From: Betaproteobacteria bacterium
GTDB lineage: Bacteria; Pseudomonadota; Gammaproteobacteria; Burkholderiales; SG8-41
Reading direction: 5' to 3'
DNA length: 63,716 bases
NCBI GenBank assembly: GCA_947476215.1
Contig: CANJQI010000005.1
Span: 1 to 63,716, forward strand
A model generated the notes under the pieces. It worked only from the letters and a program-made list of their open reading frames with translations, did no database searches and was not told where the DNA came from. Every line of letters starts with the position of its first letter. The first letter of the stretch is position 1. The position numbers and the translations under genes are program-made. Below are positions 41,495-52,773 of this stretch, in pieces.

Positions 41495-42583
41495 GTGCAC
41501 GCCGCTGAAAGCAATGAGCTCGACGCCTGGCTGCGCCTGACCCTGATATCCGGGCTGGGTAATGTCACAGTCCGGAAATTGCTCTCCGAATTTGGCACAC
41601 CCGAGAGCGTTCTCGGAGCATCGCGTTCCGATTTGGTTCGCATCGTTTCGACTGAAATTGCTGCCCTGATCGTATCAGGGGGCAACGCAGACGCTGCACA
41701 AAAAGCTCTGGCGTGGCTGACGGAACCGGCGAATCGTATCATCACGCTGGGCGATGATGACTACCCAAAACTGCTGCTGCAGACCGCGGACCCGCCGCCG
41801 TTGCTGTATATCAAAGGGCGCTACGAGCTATTGAATCGCCCGGCGCTGGCTATCGTGGGCAGTAGAAATGCCACGGCTCAGGGCATCGCCAATGCGGAGG
41901 AGTTTGCACGAGCATTGAGCAATGCGGGCATTACCATCGTCAGTGGATTGGCGCTGGGCGTGGATGCCGCCGCGCATCGCGGCGGGATGGCCGGGACAGC
42001 GGGCAGCATTGCTGTCGTGGGCACCGGTCTGGATGTGGTCTATCCGGCACGCAATCGCGATCTGGCGCATGAACTGGCGGCAAATGGCGTGCTGGTGTCG
42101 GAGTTTGCGCTCGGCACGCCGCCACTAGGTCCCAACTTTCCACGCAGAAATCGTGTCATCAGCGGCATGAGCCGCGGTTGTCTGGTTATCGAGGCAGCGT
42201 TGCAGAGCGGTTCGTTGATTACCGCACGTTTTGCCAACGAGCAGGGACGCGAAGTCTTCGCCTTGCCGGGATCCATACATTCTCCGCTGGCAAAAGGCTG
42301 TCATGCATTGATCAAACAAGGAGCCAAACTTGTCGATAGCGCAAACGACATACTAGAAGAATTAAACTTGGACAAGACTGCGCCAGCTACCCGCGAAACT
42401 TCTCTGCTGGACGCTGCAAGCCGGCAGCTGCTCAATTTGATGGGCTATGATCCATGCGCACTGGATATCCTTTGTGATCGCGCAAGTCTCGGTGCAAATG
42501 AGGTCTCGCCTGTGCTGCTCAAACTTGAGTTGGCGGGTCTGGTCGAAAAGTTGCCGGGGAGCGTCTACCGGCGTATACATTGA
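41495..42583 (+). CDS. dprA: DNA-processing protein DprA (Smf)
   Basis: 362 aa with a GTG start. It has the Rossmann-like core AIVGSRNAT...SGLALGVDAAAHRG...VVGTGLD..YP..N. Confidence 0.88.
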   Translation: MHAAESNELDAWLRLTLISGLGNVTVRKLLSEFGTPESVLGASRSDLVRIVSTEIAALIVSGGNADAAQKALAWLTEPANRIITLGDDDYPKLLLQTADPPPLLYIKGRYELLNRPALAIVGSRNATAQGIANAEEFARALSNAGITIVSGLALGVDAAAHRGGMAGTAGSIAVVGTGLDVVYPARNRDLAHELAANGVLVSEFALGTPPLGPNFPRRNRVISGMSRGCLVIEAALQSGSLITARFANEQGREVFALPGSIHSPLAKGCHALIKQGAKLVDSANDILEELNLDKTAPATRETSLLDAASRQLLNLMGYDPCALDILCDRASLGANEVSPVLLKLELAGLVEKLPGSVYRRIH

Positions 42584-42728
42584 CCGTCCGGTTTCCAGGT
42601 TTTCTGCTTACACCGTGAAATTTGAGTGATATTTCACGGAGAAACTTGCCTTAGCGGATTTTTGTTCTTATTATCTTGCGCTCTTTCGATCCGGCGTATC
42701 GCGCCGTGAAATGAACTAAAACTCGCCG

Positions 42729-45290
42729 ATGGCAACCAAAAAACAAACCGCAGCCACAAAGAAGTCCGCCACAGCGACTAAATCGCCAGCTGGCGGCAAA
42801 AAGCTTATTGTTGCCGAGAAACCCTCGGTAGCCAATGACATCGCGCGAGTGTTGGGCGGGTTTACAAAAAAAAACGATTATTTTGAGAGCGACGAGTACA
42901 TCCTGTCGTCGGCGATCGGTCACCTACTGACCATCGTTCCTCCCGAGGGTGTTGAAGTCAAACGCGGAAAGTGGTCACTCAACAATCTTCCGGTTATTCC
43001 GCCGCGTTTCGACTTGCTGCCCATCGAAAGGACTGAAGAACGCCTCAAACTTCTGACCAAGCTCATCAAGCTGAAAACCGTATCCTCGCTAATCAACGCG
43101 TGCGACGCCGGACGCGAGGGTGAGTTGATTTTTCGTTACATCGTGAGCCACACCAAGGTTACCAAACCGATAGAGCGCCTGTGGCTGCAGTCCATGACCC
43201 CGGCATCGATCCGCGAGGGCTTTTCGCGCTTGCGTAGCGACCGGGAAATGGTGCCGCTGGCGGATGCGGCCATCTGCCGGTCTGAATCGGATTGGCTGGT
43301 AGGCATAAACGCAACCCGCGCCATGACCGCGTTCAACTCGAAATCGGGCGGATTTCATTTGACTACGGTCGGGCGTGTGCAAACGCCGACACTTGCAATA
43401 CTCGTCGAACGTGAAGAAAAAATAAAAAAGTTTGTTTCGCGCGATTATTTTGAAGTCCACGCGAACTTTGCATGCAAAGCGGGCACATACGCCGGCCGCT
43501 GGATCGACGAAAAATTCAGCAAGGATCGGAAATCCGATGATGCCGACATCCGCGCCGAGCGATTGTGGGATCGCGCGCGTGCCGACGAGATCCTGGCGCG
43601 ATGCCAGGGCAAGGCAGGTGTGGTTGAGGAGGAAAGCAAACCGACCACACAGATTTCTCCTCTGCTGTACGACCTGACCAGCCTGCAGCGCGAAGCCAAT
43701 GGCCGGTTTGGCTTTTCCGCCAAGACCACCTTGTCCATAGCGCAAGCTCTTTACGAAAAACACAAGGCACTGACATACCCCAGAACCGACTCTCGTGCAT
43801 TGCCGGAGGATTATCAACCGACGGTCGCCGCGGCGATGCAAACTCTGGACACGCCATACCAGCCCTTCGTCAAACAGATCCTCGCCAATAAGTGGATACG
43901 GCCGAACAAGCGCATATTCAATAACGCAAAAATTTCCGATCACTTTGCCATTATCCCCACTTCGGTCGTCCCCAAGCATCTGAGCGAGGCGGAAGCGAAG
44001 ATATATGATCTGGTCACGAAGCGGTTCTTGGCCGTTTTCTTTCCTGCCGCGGAGTTTCAGATAACCACGCGCATTACGCGCGTGGATGGAGGGCCGTTCA
44101 AGAGCGAAGGCAAGATCATGGTGAACGCCGGCTGGCTGGAAATCTACGGCAAGGAAGCGGAATCCGACGACACGCCGGCACTGGTGCCCGTGGTGGCCAG
44201 GGAAACACCGCTAGCCTCCGAAGTGACGGTGGCGGCGCTGCAAACCAAACCGCCGGCGCGTTACTCGGAGGCGACCCTGCTTTCGGCTATGGAGGGCGCG
44301 GGCAAGCTGGTCGAAGACGAGGAATTGCGCGATGCCATGCGCGCCAAGGGACTCGGGACGCCGGCAACGCGCGCCACCATCATCGAAGGTCTGATCTATG
44401 AAAGATACGTGCACAGGAACGGCCGCGAGTTGCAGGCAACCGCCAAAGCTTTTTCGCTGATCACTTTATTGCGCGGTCTTAAGATCGCCGAGCTATCGTC
44501 TCCCGAACTGACGGGAGAATGGGAATATAAGCTTGCACAGATAGAGCAAGGACACCTTTCCCGGCCCGAGTTCATGCAACAGATCGCCGATATGGTACGG
44601 CACATGGTGGAAAACACCAAAGAACACGAAAGCGATACAGTACCCGGCGATTTTTCCACGCTGGCCACGCCGTGTCCCAAGTGTGGTGGCGTGGTTAAAG
44701 AAAACTACAAGAAGTTCCAGTGTCAGAAGTGCGATTTTGCCCTATGGAAAATCGTTGCGGGCCGGCAACTCGAACCCTCGGAGGTGGAAGAGCTGATTTC
44801 CAAAGGTAGCATAGGACCGTTGCAGGGGTTTCGCAGTCGCATGGGGAAGCCCTTTGTGGCGGTTATCAAGCTGAATACGGAATTCAACACTGAGTTCGAT
44901 TTTGGTCAGGCCAACGCCAATGCGGACGCCGCACCGGTTGATTTTTCTCAGCAGACATCGCTGGGATTTTGTCCAAAATGCGGGGGCAGGGTATACAGTC
45001 ACGGCGTTGCCTACATGTGCGAAAAAGGCACGGGTCCCGATCGGAGTTGTGATTTCCGGTCGGGCAAGATCATCCTGCAGCGTCCGATCGAGCCTGAACA
45101 AATGCAAAAGTTGTTGTCGGACGGAAAAACCGATCTTCTGCATCGGTTCATTTCCAAGAAGGGGCGCCCGTTCTCCGCATTTCTGGTACGCGGCGCGGAT
45201 GGAAAAACCAGCTTCGAATTCGCTCCGCGCGAAGCAAAAGCCAGCAAGGCCGGTACAACCTCAAGACCACGGAAGACCGGAACCAAGTGA
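42729..45290 (+). CDS. topB: Type IA DNA topoisomerase, topoisomerase III-like, with two C-terminal zinc-ribbon repeats
   Basis: The Toprim start LIVAEKPSVANDIARVL...AIGHLL and the active-site ALTYPRTDSRALP are topo III-type rather than the TopA-type VESPAKAK/YMRTDS. There is a Lys/Thr/Ala-rich N-terminal tail. Two repeats of CPKCGG...C..C.F...K...R... sit at the C-terminus. Confidence 0.85.
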   Translation: MATKKQTAATKKSATATKSPAGGKKLIVAEKPSVANDIARVLGGFTKKNDYFESDEYILSSAIGHLLTIVPPEGVEVKRGKWSLNNLPVIPPRFDLLPIERTEERLKLLTKLIKLKTVSSLINACDAGREGELIFRYIVSHTKVTKPIERLWLQSMTPASIREGFSRLRSDREMVPLADAAICRSESDWLVGINATRAMTAFNSKSGGFHLTTVGRVQTPTLAILVEREEKIKKFVSRDYFEVHANFACKAGTYAGRWIDEKFSKDRKSDDADIRAERLWDRARADEILARCQGKAGVVEEESKPTTQISPLLYDLTSLQREANGRFGFSAKTTLSIAQALYEKHKALTYPRTDSRALPEDYQPTVAAAMQTLDTPYQPFVKQILANKWIRPNKRIFNNAKISDHFAIIPTSVVPKHLSEAEAKIYDLVTKRFLAVFFPAAEFQITTRITRVDGGPFKSEGKIMVNAGWLEIYGKEAESDDTPALVPVVARETPLASEVTVAALQTKPPARYSEATLLSAMEGAGKLVEDEELRDAMRAKGLGTPATRATIIEGLIYERYVHRNGRELQATAKAFSLITLLRGLKIAELSSPELTGEWEYKLAQIEQGHLSRPEFMQQIADMVRHMVENTKEHESDTVPGDFSTLATPCPKCGGVVKENYKKFQCQKCDFALWKIVAGRQLEPSEVEELISKGSIGPLQGFRSRMGKPFVAVIKLNTEFNTEFDFGQANANADAAPVDFSQQTSLGFCPKCGGRVYSHGVAYMCEKGTGPDRSCDFRSGKIILQRPIEPEQMQKLLSDGKTDLLHRFISKKGRPFSAFLVRGADGKTSFEFAPREAKASKAGTTSRPRKTGTK

Positions 45291-45317
45291 TCCGGCGATC
45301 AGTGCGCGCTTGGTCGT

Positions 45318-47747
<2,430 letters not shown>

Positions 47748-47765
47748 CTAGTCCCAGGGTCTGAA

Positions 47766-48875
47766 TCAAATGCGCATCGGCATTACGACATAGCGAAACT
47801 CCGGGTCTTCGACTATCGTAAGCAACACACTGCTGTTGGCATCACCGAATGAACACGTGACGTTAGGGCTCGATATATTGCTTAATACATCGAGAAGATA
47901 AGTAACATTGAATCCAATATCTAGGGCGTCGCCCTGGTAGGTGACTTCGAGTTCTTCGAATGCTTCTTCCTGCTCCGTATTGGTACACGCTATGCGCAGT
48001 TGTCCGTCAGTCAGTGTCCAGCGCACACCACGAAATTTTTCGTTGGAAAGTATAGCCACTCTCTGCAAAGCCTGCTGCAGCACGACTCTATCCACAGGAA
48101 AAGTTTTTTTGTAGTTGGTCGGTATAACGCGCGTGTAATCAGGAAACTTACCATCAACGATCTTGCTGATCAGTTCTATGGGCCCCAGTGTAAATTTGGC
48201 CTGGTTTGCGGTAAATTCCACGCTCACTTCATCATCGGTATCCGACAGTAGTTTGATCAATTCCTGGACGGTCTTGCGTGGAAGAATAACTTCTTGAAAC
48301 TCCGCTTTTTGCGTTAGTTTTATGCTTGCATAGGCTAGTCTGTGGCCATCCGTAGCGATAGCCTTGAGTACATCCTCATCTAGTACAAGCAACATGCCGT
48401 TAAGGTAGTAGCGGATATCCTGTTGGGCCATGGCATACTGAACTTGCAACAACAGCGCTCGCAGAAGTTTCTGTGTTGTTGTTATTTTTTGTTTGGTTGT
48501 TCCAGCCTGCGTGAGTTTGGGGAAGTCCTCGGCCGGCAAAGTCTGCAGATTGAATCGGCTTTTGCCGGATCTGACCTGCATGCGATTGTTCTGTGCTTCA
48601 AGGGTTATAACAGCTTGATCTGGAAGTGCGCGGAGTATTTCCAGTAGTTTCCGTGCTGAGGCGGTGACAGAGTAGTTCTCGGCATCGTCTTGAGGTGAAT
48701 CAAAACGTGTGGATACCTGAATTTCTAGATCCGTCGCAAGCAAAAGCAATGTATTCGAGGTTCTTTCGATAAGCACGTTGGATAAGATAGGCAACGTGTG
48801 ACGTTTCTCAACGATACCGGATACTGCATGCAGCGGTTTGAGCAAATCGTCGCGCTTTGCCTGTATTAGTTTCAT
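47766..48875 (-). CDS. dnaN: DNA polymerase III beta sliding clamp
   Basis: 369 aa with a typical three-domain clamp and the C-terminal ...YVVMPMRI. It lies between dnaA and gyrB. Confidence 0.95.
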   Translation of the reverse strand: MKLIQAKRDDLLKPLHAVSGIVEKRHTLPILSNVLIERTSNTLLLLATDLEIQVSTRFDSPQDDAENYSVTASARKLLEILRALPDQAVITLEAQNNRMQVRSGKSRFNLQTLPAEDFPKLTQAGTTKQKITTTQKLLRALLLQVQYAMAQQDIRYYLNGMLLVLDEDVLKAIATDGHRLAYASIKLTQKAEFQEVILPRKTVQELIKLLSDTDDEVSVEFTANQAKFTLGPIELISKIVDGKFPDYTRVIPTNYKKTFPVDRVVLQQALQRVAILSNEKFRGVRWTLTDGQLRIACTNTEQEEAFEELEVTYQGDALDIGFNVTYLLDVLSNISSPNVTCSFGDANSSVLLTIVEDPEFRYVVMPMRI

Positions 48876-49062
48876 TGATATATCTTTCTAGTAGTAATAG
48901 TAGTAATCCGTTTTTTTGTGGATATGTCTGTAAGTGCTGGACTCTGTTGGGTTAAGGATCTCTTACGATGCACTTTTTGGTTATGTATATTTGTGAATAA
49001 TATGTTTATGAAAGTTTATTTTTTTTCAAATGATTGCTTATTCACAATTGATTAACAGGTTA
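48876..49062. other. AT-rich dnaA-dnaN spacer with DnaA boxes (candidate oriC / DNA-unwinding element)
   Basis: By hand count, 54 of 187 nt are G/C (about 29%). The DnaA boxes are ATATCCACA (48917-48925, bottom strand), TTATTCACA (48992-49000, bottom strand) and TTATTCACA (49038-49046, top strand). Positions 48981-49030 contain only 7 G/C. Confidence 0.5.
48889..48906. repeat. Perfect tandem 9-mer (TAGTAGTAA)x2
   Basis: Read directly from the sequence. It lies just upstream of the dnaN start, inside the AT-rich spacer. Confidence 0.9.
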
Positions 49063-50385
49063 TCAGGAGCGAAGAACCTTGAGTAAAGAGTCGAAATCCT
49101 TGGTGATGTCCAGATTGGTGGTCTTGAGAGCAGCGACCTTTCTGCACGCATGCAATACGGTCGTGTGATCGCGACCGCCAAACGCTTCGCCTATATCTGG
49201 GAGACTTAAGTGAGTAAGTTCTTTGGCTAACGCCATCGCGATCTGGCGCGGCCTCGCGATGTTGCGCGAGCGCTTCTTGGAATACATCTCCGAGACTTTT
49301 ATCTTGTAGTAATTTGCCACGGTTTTCTGAATATTATCAATGGAAACCTGACGATTTTGCAGTGACAGCAAGTCTTTTAGCGCGTCCTTACACAATTCGA
49401 TGGAAATCGGTAATCCGGAAAACCGCGAATACGCCAATATTCGTTTCAGAGCGCCCTCGAGTTCACGAACATTGGTGTGGCTATGGCTGGCTATGAAAAA
49501 AGCAACTGTTTGGTCTAGGGATATACCTTCTATTTCGGCTTTCTTGAGTAGTATAGCAACCCTCATTTCAAGTTCTGGGGGCTCCACCGCGATGATCAAG
49601 CCCCAGCCAAAACGCGATATTAGGCGGTTCTCCATGCCCGATATCTCTCGGGGATAGGTATCGCACGTAATAACAACTTGTTTGCGGGACTCTATCAGCG
49701 CATTGAAGGCATAAAAAAACTCTTCCTGGGTGCGGCTTTTTCCACAAAAAAACTGAATATCATCAATGAGTAACAGATCAAGTGAGTGGTAATAGCGCTT
49801 GAAGTCATCAAAGGCTTTGTGCTGGTATGCGCGGACCACGTCGGAAACGTATTGCTCGGCATGTATGTATCGGATGCGACTCTGTGGATGGCGTTCCTGC
49901 AGAAGATTTCCGATGGCGTGCGTAAGGTGGGTCTTGCCGAGGCCCACGCCGCCATGGATGAACAAAGGGTTATAACCGGTCCCTGGGCGCTCCGCGACTT
50001 GCATGGCCGCAGCTCGGGCAAGTTCGTTTGCTTTGCCCGTTACGAAGGAATTAAACGTAAATTCCGGATTAAGGCGAGAAATATCTCGGGTGCCTGGTTT
50101 GGTAATGGCTGCTTCCGCGGGTAGTGATTTGGCCACTACCGGCTGTTCTTTCTCCGCAAGTACCAGCGAAACCTGAATTTCCGGTCCCAGTTTTTGTTTT
50201 GCCAGACGCTCTATTTCCGCGAGAAACCTGTCGCGTATCCACTGTTGGACGAAGCGGTTGGGAGCGGTTAAAGTGACAATATTGTCCGCGATGCTCAGCT
50301 TAAGGGGTTTAATCCAGGTTTTGAATTGTTGTGCGGGGAGTTGTTGTTCAAAATGACTGAGACAGGAGCTCCAGAAAGTATTCAT
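49063..50385 (-). CDS. dnaA: Chromosomal replication initiator DnaA
   Basis: It has the AAA+ motifs [10 protein letters not shown] and LLIDDIQF, plus the C-terminal DNA-binding helix region. The start is placed at MNTFWSSCL (50385). The 29-codon upstream extension in the tracked ORF contains a DnaA box and looks non-coding. Confidence 0.95.
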   Translation of the reverse strand: MNTFWSSCLSHFEQQLPAQQFKTWIKPLKLSIADNIVTLTAPNRFVQQWIRDRFLAEIERLAKQKLGPEIQVSLVLAEKEQPVVAKSLPAEAAITKPGTRDISRLNPEFTFNSFVTGKANELARAAAMQVAERPGTGYNPLFIHGGVGLGKTHLTHAIGNLLQERHPQSRIRYIHAEQYVSDVVRAYQHKAFDDFKRYYHSLDLLLIDDIQFFCGKSRTQEEFFYAFNALIESRKQVVITCDTYPREISGMENRLISRFGWGLIIAVEPPELEMRVAILLKKAEIEGISLDQTVAFFIASHSHTNVRELEGALKRILAYSRFSGLPISIELCKDALKDLLSLQNRQVSIDNIQKTVANYYKIKVSEMYSKKRSRNIARPRQIAMALAKELTHLSLPDIGEAFGGRDHTTVLHACRKVAALKTTNLDITKDFDSLLKVLRS

Positions 50386-50462
50386 GGTGAGGCAAACGGC
50401 AGGTAGTCTTGGGGAAGGGGCGGCGCGGAATTGGACTTGGATTTTAGCTTTTTTGGTAAAAG

Positions 50463-50471
50463 TTATCCACA
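50463..50471 (+). promoter_or_regulatory. Perfect DnaA box TTATCCACA upstream of dnaA
   Basis: An exact 9-mer about 80 nt upstream of the dnaA start, in the divergent dnaA/rpmH spacer. Confidence 0.6.
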
Positions 50472-50511
50472 AGCCGGCAGCGGGCGTTTAGGCGAATTGG
50501 AAGAACCGTCA

Positions 50512-50541
50512 TTGACAGAAACATACGTTAGCGGTTGTAAT
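50512..50541 (+). promoter_or_regulatory. Sigma-70-like promoter candidate for rpmH-rnpA
   Basis: TTGACA (50512-50517), an 18-nt spacer, then TGTAAT (50536-50541), about 35 nt upstream of the rpmH ATG. Confidence 0.35.
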
Positions 50542-50576
50542 AGCGGGTTTTTCATACCCCTACACAGGTTGACAAC

Positions 50577-50711
50577 ATGAAACGAACTTACCAACCATCG
50601 ACAACGCGGCGCAAACGCACGCACGGTTTCCGTGTTCGTATGAAAACGAGGGCAGGGCGCGCAGTGGTAAGAGCGCGCCGGGCGAAAGGTCGCGCGCGGA
50701 TTGGTGTTTGA
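50577..50711 (+). CDS. rpmH: 50S ribosomal protein L34
   Basis: The ORF is absent from the ORF track because it is under 60 aa. My own translation is [44 protein letters not shown]-stop, a canonical L34. Confidence 0.93.
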   Translation: MKRTYQPSTTRRKRTHGFRVRMKTRAGRAVVRARRAKGRARIGV

Positions 50712-51082
50712 GAAATTCTGCCCGGAAGTTTTTGTTTTCGAGGTCGCGCCGGCTAGGCGGTCCGCAGGCGTTCTCGAAGATTTTTGCTTTTAGGTGTTCA
50801 GTCGCGGGTGATCAGTTTCAAGTTTATGCAATGCCCCATGGTACCGAACCCGCTCGCTTGGGCGTAGTCGCCAGCAAACGGCTGATGCCGGCGGCTGTGT
50901 CGCGTAATTACTGCAAGAGACTCGCGCGTGAGGTATTCAGAACCGAATGCGCGGCAGTGAACGGCATAGACGTCGTGGTACGCGCGCGTAAGCCCGTCAC
51001 GGTTGCGAGCGCGGTACAAGCGCGTGCCGAAATTTGCGATCTGCTGCGCAGGGTGGAACTCAAGTGTCGTTTGCGGGCATGA
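50708..51082 (+). CDS. rnpA: Ribonuclease P protein component
   Basis: A 124-aa basic protein directly after rpmH, with its TTG start overlapping the rpmH stop. Size and position are as expected for RnpA. Confidence 0.82.
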   Translation: MRNSARKFLFSRSRRLGGPQAFSKIFAFRCSVAGDQFQVYAMPHGTEPARLGVVASKRLMPAAVSRNYCKRLAREVFRTECAAVNGIDVVVRARKPVTVASAVQARAEICDLLRRVELKCRLRA

Positions 51083-51129
51083 GCGCGACAATTCCATAAA
51101 CCAAGACTAAGCAGTCAACCTATTTAATA

Positions 51130-52773
51130 ATGGATACTCGGCGACTTATTCTGTTCATGATATTCACGATGTCGGTGTTTTTTCTTTTCGACGCGTGGAA
51201 CCGGGAAAATCTACCACCACCCGCGAAGGTGCAGAGCACACCTACACCCACAGGCACGGGGCCCGCAGCGACCCCCGTGCCTACGCCTACACAAGCGCTG
51301 ACTGCAGCGCCTCCGCCCGCCAGTGGTTCGTTGCAGAACGGGGCCAAGGTAACGGTAGAGACCGATCTTCTGCTTGCGGAAATCGATACAGCCGGCGGAG
51401 ATTTGCGCCGCCTGGAGTTGCTTGCGCATCGCGATACGCTGGACAAAAAGAAAAATCTGGTTTTGCTGCGGCAGCAGGCCGAGCACACGTATATCGCGCA
51501 ATCCGGACTGATAGGTAATGGTTTGCCGGATCATAGGACCAACTTTAGCGCGGACGCGACGAACGTCAAGCTCGACGACAAGTCCGCCCATGTGTCAGTC
51601 CGGCTTGCAGCGCCTCCGGTTGCCGGCATCACCGTCACCAAAATATATACATTTCATCGCGCCAGCTATTTGATTGATATTGCATATGAGATCGAAAACA
51701 AGAGCGCCGCGGCGATACAACCGGATGCGTATTTTCAACTAGTTCGAGATGGCGTGCCGCCAGACGGTGACTCGGCGATGCTGCCTACGTACACGGGAGT
51801 TGCGGGATATACCGAGAAGGAGAAATTTTATAAGCTGCCGTTTGCCGATCTGGACAAAGGCAAGGCGAGCTATCCCAAGAAGAGCAACGACGGCTGGATA
51901 GCGGTTTTACAACATTACTTTCTGAGTGCCTGGTTACCCGCCAACGATGCGCCACGCGAGTTTTACGCGCGGCGCCTTGATAACGGGCTTTATGCCGCCG
52001 GCGTGATAGTGTCGGCAGGGTCCATAGAACCCGGGGCAACGGTAACGCGCAAGGTGCCCCTGTATGCCGGTCCCCAGGAACAGGACAATTTGTCCAAGCT
52101 GGCGCCTGGGCTGGACCTTACCATCGACTATGGCTGGCTGACCGTGATCGCGACGCCGTTGTTCTGGGTACTGCAATGGCTGTATGGCTGGGTCGAGAAT
52201 TGGGGCGTGGCCATTATCATACTCACCGTGATCCTGAAGGGAATTTTCTATCCGTTGTCGGCCGCCAGTTATCGTTCCATGGCGCGCATGCGAGTGCTCG
52301 CACCGAGATTGCAAAAGCTCAAGGAGCAATACGGCGATGACAGGCAGCGCATGAATCTTGCGATGATGGAGTTGTATAAAACGGAAAAGATAAATCCCTT
52401 GGGCGGTTGTCTGCCAGTTGTTGTGCAAATACCTGTTTTTATTGCACTTTATTGGGTTTTGCTGGCCAGCGTTGAATTGCGACATGTGCCCTTTGTGTTG
52501 TGGATAGACGACTTGTCGACACCGGATCCGTATTTTGTCCTGCCCGTACTCATGGGTGCCACGATGATATTTCAGACTTACCTGAACCCAGTGCCACCGG
52601 ATCCGATACAGGCCAAGGTCATGAAAATCATGCCTATCGCTTTCAGTGTGTTCTTTTTCTTTTTTCCAGCCGGGCTGGTCTTGTATTGGCTGGTCAATAA
52701 TATTCTGTCGATCGCACAGCAGTGGCAGATCACGCACGCGATGGAGCACCCCAAACCGGCGCATGGCAAATGA
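51130..52773 (+). CDS. yidC: Membrane protein insertase YidC
   Basis: 547 aa with an N-terminal transmembrane segment, a Pro/Thr-rich linker, a large periplasmic domain, and the C-terminal conserved 60-kDa insertase core (..GCLP...QIPVFIALY..). Confidence 0.93.
   Translation: MDTRRLILFMIFTMSVFFLFDAWNRENLPPPAKVQSTPTPTGTGPAATPVPTPTQALTAAPPPASGSLQNGAKVTVETDLLLAEIDTAGGDLRRLELLAHRDTLDKKKNLVLLRQQAEHTYIAQSGLIGNGLPDHRTNFSADATNVKLDDKSAHVSVRLAAPPVAGITVTKIYTFHRASYLIDIAYEIENKSAAAIQPDAYFQLVRDGVPPDGDSAMLPTYTGVAGYTEKEKFYKLPFADLDKGKASYPKKSNDGWIAVLQHYFLSAWLPANDAPREFYARRLDNGLYAAGVIVSAGSIEPGATVTRKVPLYAGPQEQDNLSKLAPGLDLTIDYGWLTVIATPLFWVLQWLYGWVENWGVAIIILTVILKGIFYPLSAASYRSMARMRVLAPRLQKLKEQYGDDRQRMNLAMMELYKTEKINPLGGCLPVVVQIPVFIALYWVLLASVELRHVPFVLWIDDLSTPDPYFVLPVLMGATMIFQTYLNPVPPDPIQAKVMKIMPIAFSVFFFFFPAGLVLYWLVNNILSIAQQWQITHAMEHPKPAHGK

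Noticed and set aside
50386-50472. 29-codon N-terminal extension of the tracked dnaA ORF ([14 protein letters not shown]...).
   Set aside because: The extension contains the perfect DnaA box and has a non-DnaA-like sequence. The conserved DnaA N-terminus starts at MNTFWSSCL (50385). I call the extension non-coding.
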